From an uncultured archaeon (GTDB taxonomy: Archaea; Thermoplasmatota; Penumbrarchaeia; JASLWR01): a DNA stretch of 64,000 bases. Position 1 is the stretch's first letter. Each line of letters opens with the position of its first letter. Where the stretch lies: assembly GCA_964342815.1 (NCBI GenBank), contig CAYFHS010000002.1:184790-248789 (forward strand). Reading direction: 5' to 3'. Positions 57,078 to 64,000 of this stretch are shown in pieces. The position numbers and the translations under genes are program-made. The notes below the pieces were generated by a model. That model had not been told where the DNA came from. It did not search any database and saw only the letters and a program-made list of their open reading frames with translations.

Positions 57078-58295
57078 ATGAGAGAGTACTATTCCGATCC
57101 CGTTTTCAAGAAGAGAATGCTTGAATATACCGAAGATTCCGTTTACCTCGTGGGGTTCGGAAAATATCTCGAGCAGAACCATTTTCAATCGTTCAAATCC
57201 GTCCGCCCCACCAGGCTTGACTGGATGCTGGATCACAACCTCGACGGTTTCACCAGCGTCTGGCAGAAGGGATCTTATCTGATCGTGCTGGACCTCGAAT
57301 ATTACAATCCCTTCGATTATTCGGAGGTGTTCAGGGATGAGGAAGGGGTATTTGGAAAAATGGAGGGTTTTTGCAGGGCCATGGAGGAAATACTGGGCGG
57401 TTACGGTATAGAGTATCTGAAACTTATGACGGGACAGGGATATCATTATGCAAGCAAGATCAGGGAGGGAACTCCTGCCTTCGAGCTTATCAAGAAGTAC
57501 GGGATATGTTCTCTGACCACCCACCAGCGGAACCCCGACGTTCCCCGGGACCATAACCTCATGCAGGATTCTGTGGGTAAATTAATGGAGTTCCTGTACC
57601 AGAAGGTCTTTGAGATATATGACGGCCACCTGAGGCCGAAAGACATTCGTCTCGACTCGGCAATGATGGTCCTTGACCTGGATCTATGGGCCGACCCTTT
57701 GTTCATGCGGGATGTAAGGTTGGCATTCTCCAGCCATCAGAAACACATTATGGAAAAATACATAAAGCGGATGGACTCGGACTGGTGCGCAAAGAATGTG
57801 GCCATCGGTTATTCTATCCCGTGTGAGGGTTTGTCCCTCGCTGAGAGGATAGATATACGGAGAAACAAGGCAAAGGTCACCCAGCTTGCAAAAGAAAGCG
57901 ACATGCATATTCCGGATGGGAGCGAGGGATGGGGGAGAATGTTCAATGACTACCTGAAAACGCCTCTGAAGGATTTCCATGATTCCTTCGATGCGGTTGA
58001 GATACTCGACGTCGGGCCACTGGAGCCAATTGATCTGCCGGGAAGCTGCCGTCATATTCTGGATGATTCCACAAAGGTGCGTTGGACCGAGATAAAAGCA
58101 GTGTGCGACCGTGCCTACCGCCTCGGCCGAGACCCAATGGAGGCGGCCCGTTTATTCTATGACCTGTTCACCTCACACAAGCAGTGGGGACTACACTGGG
58201 TGGAATACGACCCGGAGATGAGAGCAAAATACTGGGTTCGGATATTCTATGGCATGAACGAAACGCTGAAAGGTTATGTTCCCATGCCGGAATAG
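57078..58295 (+). CDS. Putative archaeo-eukaryotic primase (AEP) superfamily protein with a PriL/PriX-like C-terminal domain
   Basis: Motif I LIVLDLE, motif II MTGQGYH, motif III LDLDLWADPLFMRDVRLAFSSHQK; C-terminal LPGSCRHIL ... EYDPEMRAKYWV. Confidence 0.65.
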   Translation: MREYYSDPVFKKRMLEYTEDSVYLVGFGKYLEQNHFQSFKSVRPTRLDWMLDHNLDGFTSVWQKGSYLIVLDLEYYNPFDYSEVFRDEEGVFGKMEGFCRAMEEILGGYGIEYLKLMTGQGYHYASKIREGTPAFELIKKYGICSLTTHQRNPDVPRDHNLMQDSVGKLMEFLYQKVFEIYDGHLRPKDIRLDSAMMVLDLDLWADPLFMRDVRLAFSSHQKHIMEKYIKRMDSDWCAKNVAIGYSIPCEGLSLAERIDIRRNKAKVTQLAKESDMHIPDGSEGWGRMFNDYLKTPLKDFHDSFDAVEILDVGPLEPIDLPGSCRHILDDSTKVRWTEIKAVCDRAYRLGRDPMEAARLFYDLFTSHKQWGLHWVEYDPEMRAKYWVRIFYGMNETLKGYVPMPE

Positions 58296-58456
58296 AAAAC
58301 GGATTTCGGGGGAAATTTCAGAGGAATATTAATTATATCATAAGTTCAATGTATAAACTGATCACACTGATTGAGATTGGACAATTCGGCCAATCGTAAG
58401 ATCGCTTGACCGCAATCCTGCGCGGACAGAGTAAGAGTATTCAAAAGGTGGTGACC

Positions 58457-58927
58457 ATGAAGTTCATGGACAAGAAGAAGGCAAAAATATTGATGGATGA
58501 CGGGCTGGCCTACCAGGACAAGGGTAACATGTTCGAAGCTGAAAAGTGCTATCTTGCCGCAACGCAGATATGCCCGAGCTTCGGTGAAGCGCATCTTCGA
58601 TACGGTGATCTTCTTAGTCAGACCGAAAGACCGAACGCTGCTGTGAAGGAATTCACCCTTGCCTTCGAGAATCAACCGGAATTTGCCGAGGCCATGACGG
58701 CTCTTGGGGACCTTTATTCAAAGTACAACGAGGGCGAAAAGGCCGTGGAAGCATATACCAAAGCGGTAAACTGCAAGAAGATGTATATTTTTGCATATAT
58801 CAATCTTGGAACCCACTATATGAACAACGGCCAGTTCGGAGAATCCCAGGATACCTTCAAGAAAGCACTAGAAAAGACAACAGATCCGGAACTTAGAAAG
58901 GAGATACAGAAGTATTATCGCGGATAA
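58457..58927 (+). CDS. TPR-repeat protein
   Basis: Four TPR-like units (e.g. AHLRYGDLLSQTERPNAAVKEFTLA, AYINLGTHYMNNGQFGESQDTFKKAL); GGTGGTG RBS before ATG 58457. Confidence 0.88.
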   Translation: MKFMDKKKAKILMDDGLAYQDKGNMFEAEKCYLAATQICPSFGEAHLRYGDLLSQTERPNAAVKEFTLAFENQPEFAEAMTALGDLYSKYNEGEKAVEAYTKAVNCKKMYIFAYINLGTHYMNNGQFGESQDTFKKALEKTTDPELRKEIQKYYRG

Positions 58928-58955
58928 TTTTTTATCACCGCCGCATGCACTCAAT

Positions 58956-59717
58956 TTGGATCACGGCGTGGGAATCGAAATGGAGAGGGACGCAGGCTCA
59001 AAACCTTTTTCTTCCTTGTGGGAATTTGACCCAACAACTACGAAAAGTCGTTTTGTAAGAGATGTTCTCAAAGACACCTATGAAAAGATCGCCGCACATT
59101 TTCACGCAACCCGGCGGCACCCCTGGCCCGGGACCATGGACTTCATCACGGAATTTTCGGATGGAAATAGGATCATCGATATTGGATGCGGTAACGGCAG
59201 GAACGCCGTTTACATGGCCGGGATGGGTCTGAGGGTTACGGGATTGGATATTTCCCCGGAACTTCTGGAGTTGGCGCGCGCGAACGCCAATGAAAAAGAG
59301 GTCGGTCACCTATGTGACTTCATACTGGGTGACATTACCGAGCTTCCTTTTGATGATAATGAATTCGATGGCGGTCTGTATATTGCATCCCTGCACCATC
59401 TTGCTACGGATGAAGAAAGATTTACCTCCATCCGTGAGCTCTCGCGGGTACTCAGGCCGGGAGCGAGAGCGCTCGTATCGGTGTGGGACCGGGACCAGGA
59501 AAAATTCCGGGATCTGGTTGATATCTGGGAAGCTCATCCTCTTTTCGAGCGCGGCGACGTATTTATACCCTGGAAAAGCCCAGGGGAAGAATGGCCGAGA
59601 TACTATCATCTTTTCACGGAGCTGGAATTTCGAACACTACTGAAAATGAGCGCTCTGGTAGTGGATGGAACGTTTCGTTCAGGGCAAAATCACTACGGAA
59701 AGGTACGAAAACAATAG
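58956..59717 (+). CDS. Trm9/ALKBH8-like SAM-dependent (tRNA wobble-U carboxyl) methyltransferase
   Basis: YEKIAAHFHATRRHPWP, DIGCGNGR, IASLHHLAT..ER, LVSVW, DVFIPW and RYYHLF match the Trm9/ALKBH8 MTase pattern. Confidence 0.8.
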   Translation: MDHGVGIEMERDAGSKPFSSLWEFDPTTTKSRFVRDVLKDTYEKIAAHFHATRRHPWPGTMDFITEFSDGNRIIDIGCGNGRNAVYMAGMGLRVTGLDISPELLELARANANEKEVGHLCDFILGDITELPFDDNEFDGGLYIASLHHLATDEERFTSIRELSRVLRPGARALVSVWDRDQEKFRDLVDIWEAHPLFERGDVFIPWKSPGEEWPRYYHLFTELEFRTLLKMSALVVDGTFRSGQNHYGKVRKQ

Positions 59718-59787
59718 TTTCATCCCCTCCGAAAATGGCGAAGTAATATTATTATAGCATCATCCGAATGTGGAGAACGGTGATATT

Positions 59788-60186
59788 ATGGGATTTTTCG
59801 GAAAGATAAAAAAGGGATTCAAAGCTGCCGCAACGGCACACAAGATGGATGATTTCCTCGTTGAAGAGATGTCAAGGATCTATCAGCAGCAGGGATATCC
59901 GGTCGGTGGGTTGAAAAAAACCGCCGGCGGAATGAGGCTGAGCAAGAAATCCGGTGAAATGAAGATGAAGGCGGAAAAATATTCTTTCTCCGTGACCACG
60001 GCCAACGGCGAGATGAAAATCAAGACCAAATCGGAGAGCGGTGTGGTCAAGGTAAGTACGAAGCTCGGCGGAGTGAAGGGTAGAAAGGATAAATTCAAGG
60101 TCAACAGTTTCGTTCACAACGACGGCGGAAAACTAACTGTCAAAAACGGGCAGGAACTGGCGGCCAAGGTAATGGGTCTGCTTTAA
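59788..60186 (+). CDS. Small Lys-rich hypothetical protein with an amphipathic N-terminus
   Basis: GGTGA RBS before ATG 59788; MGFFGKIKKGF; beta-rich basic body; strong GC3 bias like host genes. Confidence 0.7.
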   Translation: MGFFGKIKKGFKAAATAHKMDDFLVEEMSRIYQQQGYPVGGLKKTAGGMRLSKKSGEMKMKAEKYSFSVTTANGEMKIKTKSESGVVKVSTKLGGVKGRKDKFKVNSFVHNDGGKLTVKNGQELAAKVMGLL

Positions 60187-60193
60187 GCGGACC

Positions 60194-60208
60194 TTTTTTT
60201 TTATTTTT
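60194..60208 (+). terminator. Oligo-T tract between convergent genes (archaeal-type terminator)
   Basis: TTTTTTTTTATTTTT immediately after the stop of 59788..60186. Confidence 0.5.
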
Positions 60209-60209
60209 A

Positions 60210-62657
60210 TTAAAACTTCTTCCCGCATTTGGTGCAGAACTTTGCCCCCGGCTTCAGGGTATTTCCACACTTGTTACAAAAAGTTCTTTTCGGTTTTTGC
60301 GGCTTTTGAGACTTTTTCTCGGCATCGCCCACCTTTGTTCCGCATTTATTGCAGAACTTTGCCCCCGGCCTCAGCTTCTTTTTGCATTTGATGCATACCG
60401 GAGCCTTTTCTTTCTTCTTTCCCGCGACTGGGGTTCCGCATTTGGTACAGAATGTAGCCCCTGGCTTCAGGGGTTTCTTGCATTTCGCGCAGAGCTTCTT
60501 CGGAGGCTCGATTGTTTCTTTGGACACTTCCACCTTTTCCTCGATCTTCTCCGGTACCGGCGCAGGCTTCTTTTTCCCCTTAATTGCGGCCATGCTCTTT
60601 GATTTCTTCTCGAAGTATTCCAGAATATTGTCGGAAATGGTTTCCTTAAGAGCCTCTGCTTCCAGTGTCTCGTGCTGGGTCACGAGCCAGCGGACGTTCA
60701 TCTGCTGGGCCGTGTCGTAAACATCGGGGCACACCAGAATGAACTCGCCTGCCTTCAGCGTGGGCAGCCGGTTCAGAATACTGTCCGCTTCACCGGATGA
60801 TATGGATTTCAGCATTCCCGCCACCTTTTTCAGGTCCTGCGGGGTCATCATCCTTCCAAGGCCCCAGGTATTGGCCTGGGCCATGGCCTTGTAGTCCACG
60901 TCCGCCGCGTTCTGTGTGCACATCATGCAGGAAACACCGTATTTCCTTGCCTGCTTGAACAGCAGCTTCAGTATACCCTTTGCGGGAGGATTGAATGGAT
61001 GGGGTGGCAGGTAGGGGGCCACCTCGTCTATATAGAAAAGTGCCTGAACCTCTTTCGACGGGTGAGTGAGCATCCAGCTGTACAGCTCGTTGCCCACCAC
61101 GGCTATGAAGAACTGCTTGTGGGCTTCCGACGAGAGAGTATTGAGATAAATTATGTTCACGGTGGTCTTTCCCTCTTCCACGGGGGTGAACATTTCGTTC
61201 ATGTCCAGAGGGAATCCAAAGCTGAAAAGCAGTTTTTCTATTCCCATGGTAAGATGTCTGAGCTTTCGTGCAAGTTTCTCCCGTTCCTTCGACTTTATTA
61301 TGTCCGAGGAATCGTCGATATCCATGGTCTCCGGTTTATCCACGATATTGGCAAGGGTGCGGAAGTTCTCCACTTCAGTCCCGCTGCTCCATGCCATCTC
61401 AAGAACGTGATACAGGTAGGAAGCTGCGGCTTTCCCGGCATCGGAATCCGTCTTGTATCCCAGCAGTGATACTATGGAGTTGGAGACGGTGTCCAGGGCT
61501 TTTATGGCGTCCTCGGGAGAAAAATCCGCCGGAAGGGTCTTAAGGGGATTGATGCAAAGGGGAATTCCTCTTGATGAAGCCGGGGTGAATATCCTTACTT
61601 CGGCCTTTTCCCTGTATTCTTTAAGTATCTCCAGTGGAATGTTGTGCTTTTCGCATTCTTCCTCGCTGGATATGAGTATCAGAGATGCCAGATCTCCCTG
61701 GGGATCCATTATTATTGAGGGAATGCCGTTTCTCGTAGCCTCCTCCAGTATACATTTGCCGAATACTGTCTTTCCGGAACCTGAGGCGCCAAGGGCAACG
61801 AAATGTCTTTTCAATGTGTCCAGGGGAAGCTGGACGCTTTTATTACCCACTCGTCCCAGGAATATCTTGTCCGGTTCGGGTCCCTCGATCTCACCTTCTT
61901 CATCCTCCTCGCCCTCTTCTTCATCGTCATATTGCACAGAGTCATCTTCCTCGTCACTCTCACCTTCCTCGTCATCATACTCCACTTCTCCGTCTTCCTC
62001 TCCCTCGTCCCCTTCACCCTCCTCGTCATCATACTCCACTTCTCCGCTTTCCTCTTCCTCCTCACCCTCCTCGTCATCATACTCCACTCCCTCATCCTCC
62101 CCGTCCCCTTCACCGCCTTCGTCCTCATCATCCGGTGGAGGGGGCAGGTCTTCCTCTTCTTCCTCTTCTTCTTCGTCCTCATCATCCGTATCCTCCTCTT
62201 CCTCTCCACCATCGATGAGTCCGCCAAATGGATCGTCATCATACTCTTTTTCGTCTTCCTCTTCTTTATCTTCTTCTTCACTGCCTTCCTCTTCCTCCTC
62301 CTTTTCCTCTTCCCCGTCATCATCGTCTTCATCATCAAATCCCGCGAAAGGATCCTCGTCATCCTTCTCCTCCACTTCTTCGTCCTCCCTCTCTTCCTCT
62401 TCCCCATCATCCTCGAATCCTCCGAAAGGATCGTCGTCATATTCCGGTTCGTCATCAGACCCTTCGTCGTCTTCCCCCTCTTCCTCGTCATCAAGTCCAC
62501 CAAATGGATCGTCATCATATTCCGGTTCATCCCCGCCCTCTTCTTCGTCTTCCTCATATTCTATGAAAGGATCATCCTCATCATCATATTCGCTACCGAA
62601 ATTGATAAAGATTTCGTCAAGCTCAAGGTTCACGCGGTAATCGTTTATTTTTATCAT
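60210..62657 (-). CDS. HerA/FtsK-superfamily ATPase (DUF87-like) with a long acidic N-terminal region and three C-terminal Zn ribbons
   Basis: RHFVALGASGSGKT (Walker A), IMDPQGD, FYIDEV (Walker B), QARKYGV and CTQN; three CxKC...PGAxFCxKCG ribbons. Start placed at ATG 62657 after AAGGAG. Confidence 0.92.
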   Translation of the reverse strand: MIKINDYRVNLELDEIFINFGSEYDDEDDPFIEYEEDEEEGGDEPEYDDDPFGGLDDEEEGEDDEGSDDEPEYDDDPFGGFEDDGEEEEREDEEVEEKDDEDPFAGFDDEDDDDGEEEKEEEEEGSEEEDKEEEDEKEYDDDPFGGLIDGGEEEEDTDDEDEEEEEEEEDLPPPPDDEDEGGEGDGEDEGVEYDDEEGEEEEESGEVEYDDEEGEGDEGEEDGEVEYDDEEGESDEEDDSVQYDDEEEGEEDEEGEIEGPEPDKIFLGRVGNKSVQLPLDTLKRHFVALGASGSGKTVFGKCILEEATRNGIPSIIMDPQGDLASLILISSEEECEKHNIPLEILKEYREKAEVRIFTPASSRGIPLCINPLKTLPADFSPEDAIKALDTVSNSIVSLLGYKTDSDAGKAAASYLYHVLEMAWSSGTEVENFRTLANIVDKPETMDIDDSSDIIKSKEREKLARKLRHLTMGIEKLLFSFGFPLDMNEMFTPVEEGKTTVNIIYLNTLSSEAHKQFFIAVVGNELYSWMLTHPSKEVQALFYIDEVAPYLPPHPFNPPAKGILKLLFKQARKYGVSCMMCTQNAADVDYKAMAQANTWGLGRMMTPQDLKKVAGMLKSISSGEADSILNRLPTLKAGEFILVCPDVYDTAQQMNVRWLVTQHETLEAEALKETISDNILEYFEKKSKSMAAIKGKKKPAPVPEKIEEKVEVSKETIEPPKKLCAKCKKPLKPGATFCTKCGTPVAGKKKEKAPVCIKCKKKLRPGAKFCNKCGTKVGDAEKKSQKPQKPKRTFCNKCGNTLKPGAKFCTKCGKKF
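61880..62600 (-). repeat. Low-complexity Asp/Glu coding region with recurrent (Y)DDDPFGG and VEYDDEEG units
   Basis: Five DDPF/EDPF motifs and four V(E/Q)YDDEE motifs in the translated ORF. Confidence 0.9.
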
Positions 62658-62821
62658 GGATATACACTCCTTTGCATTTATCACGGGAAATATATTTCAT
62701 TCCACGGAGGTTTCTATAGGCTTTAGATTCCCCTTCTCTTCTCACAAACAGCGGGTTTTTATTTATTTATTTCTTTTCGATATAATATTTTAATATTAAA
62801 GGAAGTTATTTGGATATCTGC

Positions 62822-63454
62822 ATGAAGCATCCTGTAAGAATTAACGATCCATATCTCGAGACCGCGAACGACAATGCACGTGAAATGGAACGGCAAATGA
62901 CGGCAAGGTTGACGGAGTTCATCGAGAACAATGAGGAAATGGGCAGTGACAATATCCAGGTCTTACTTTCCATAAGGGACACCATGATCGAAGCTTCTTC
63001 ATACAGGACCTTTCACACCATCGACGTGCGGCAATTCAACGACATGCTCAACAGTATGTCCGGCTTGCACGGGCAGTATTTTTCGCTTCGTGTTCAGGAA
63101 CTGGGTCGTGAGCTCTCCCGGATCGGGATTCTCGACGAAGGTGCGAATCTGGCGGAATTGGGCTATTCCATGCTGAGTGGCGGCAGCGGGTCTCTCTCTC
63201 CCACAGTCCTAATTTCAATCATGGATAATTTTTTCTGGCTTGGATTATATCATGCCAGGGAGAAATGGTTCCTTAGAGCTCTGGACATATACCGGACCTA
63301 CAAAAAAGAACTCAGGAAGGCCGCCTACCAGGGGGAAATATTGGAAAAGTTCCAGCGCTGGTCTCCCGTCTCGCACATGTCCGGTTGGAATGAGTCCAAG
63401 CACCGTCTTGAGTTCGAGATAATGATGATAAAGTTCTCCCTAGGGGATATTTGA
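62822..63454 (+). CDS. Hypothetical, predicted all-helical protein
   Basis: Open frame with host-like codon usage, coupled to the next gene; no motif recognised. Confidence 0.65.
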   Translation: MKHPVRINDPYLETANDNAREMERQMTARLTEFIENNEEMGSDNIQVLLSIRDTMIEASSYRTFHTIDVRQFNDMLNSMSGLHGQYFSLRVQELGRELSRIGILDEGANLAELGYSMLSGGSGSLSPTVLISIMDNFFWLGLYHAREKWFLRALDIYRTYKKELRKAAYQGEILEKFQRWSPVSHMSGWNESKHRLEFEIMMIKFSLGDI

Positions 63455-63473
63455 TATGGAAAGAGGTATGAAC

Positions 63474-64000
63474 ATGCTTGAAGAACGGTTGAGAGAAACG
63501 GTAAAACACTGCCTGGGTATAATGGAAGCGGCGGCAATAACAGCTCCAAAAGGGTTGGGACAGAATTCACTCAACACAGTCATCTTGGCTGATGAAGAAC
63601 TGGAAACGCTTGGAAGGACCATGGTGGAGCACGGGAACGAGACCGGTCAGGCAAATTATATCCGGGACGGAAAGAACATTCTGGAGTGCCAGGGTATGCT
63701 GCTGCTGAGTGTCAAACCCCATAATCCGCTGGGAGCGGACTGCAAGGCATGCGGCTACGGCTGCAAGGATTTTGGAAAAATGTTATCAGGGGATTTCACC
63801 GGTCCCAACTGCTGTTTCAAGCTTCTGGACCTTGGTATCGCCCTAGGCTCGGCTGCAAGGACCGCTTCGACGCTGAACCTGGACTCCCGCGTAATGTTCA
63901 GACCCGGCGTTATGGCCAAACGTCTCGGTTTCATCGAAGGAACGGTGGCAATAGGGATACCTGTGTCAATATCTTCCAAAAACATATTTTTCGACAGATG
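63474..64000 (+). CDS. DUF2148 / ferredoxin-domain-containing Fe-S protein; only the last base of its stop codon is cut off; absent from the ORF track
   Basis: Hand translation: AAAITAPKGLG, DCKACGYGC, GPNCCFKLLDLGIALGSAA, DSRVM, GIPVSISSKNIFFDR, then TG at the window end; GAGGT RBS. Confidence 0.9.
   Translation, partial: MLEERLRETVKHCLGIMEAAAITAPKGLGQNSLNTVILADEELETLGRTMVEHGNETGQANYIRDGKNILECQGMLLLSVKPHNPLGADCKACGYGCKDFGKMLSGDFTGPNCCFKLLDLGIALGSAARTASTLNLDSRVMFRPGVMAKRLGFIEGTVAIGIPVSISSKNIFFDR

Noticed and set aside
61453-62726. Long Ser-rich, Phe/Leu-rich, Arg/Met-rich and Pro/His-rich alternative ORFs (61453..62640, 61803..62726, 61811..62557, 61814..62218)
   Set aside because: Shadow frames of the Asp/Glu low-complexity region of the HerA-like gene, where stop codons are scarce.
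1-64000. rRNA, tRNA, transposase, integrase, cas or recognised defence-system genes
   Set aside because: None recognised by motif. A covariance-model or HMM search would be needed to exclude short or divergent cases.

Overview
Archaeal chromosomal DNA. Evidence: aCPSF1/FttA next to the proteasome beta subunit, a TrmB-type regulator, TATA-like promoters and GGTGA-type ribosome-binding sites. The gene content suggests an uncultured anaerobic, protein-degrading Thermoplasmatota-like organism (inference; no marker phylogeny was run). Left to right: a secreted S8 subtilase running off the left edge (missed by the ORF track); birA; a divergent dch-had / oah-thioesterase module of the anaerobic benzoyl-CoA ring-opening pathway; an AT-rich 4-gene accessory island; a large FN3 surface protein; nadE; an internally duplicated alpha/alpha-barrel-like membrane protein; a ~2600-aa papain-like (C1A) surface protease; TrmB and an epimerase; aCPSF1-psmB; a Ser/Thr kinase and Zn-ribbon genes; a GLUG-repeat protein; a ~16-kb purine superoperon of largely bacterial type; a nikR/NicO-type transporter locus with visible operator half-sites; a stand-alone primase-like (AEP) gene; a Trm9-like methyltransferase; a HerA-like ATPase with a long acidic repeat region; and a DUF2148 gene cut by the right edge. 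The most striking items are: (1) the Dch-Had-Oah module in this archaeon, with birA attached; (2) a PurC-PurE(class II) fusion with the architecture of animal PAICS; (3) two in-frame, hairpin-rich DNA insertions in the IMP-cyclohydrolase-like gene; (4) a probable ATA start codon for purL; (5) a single-chain PriS + PriL/PriX-like primase. No rRNA, tRNA, CRISPR array, transposase or integrase was recognised. All family assignments come from motif recognition by eye, not from database searches.
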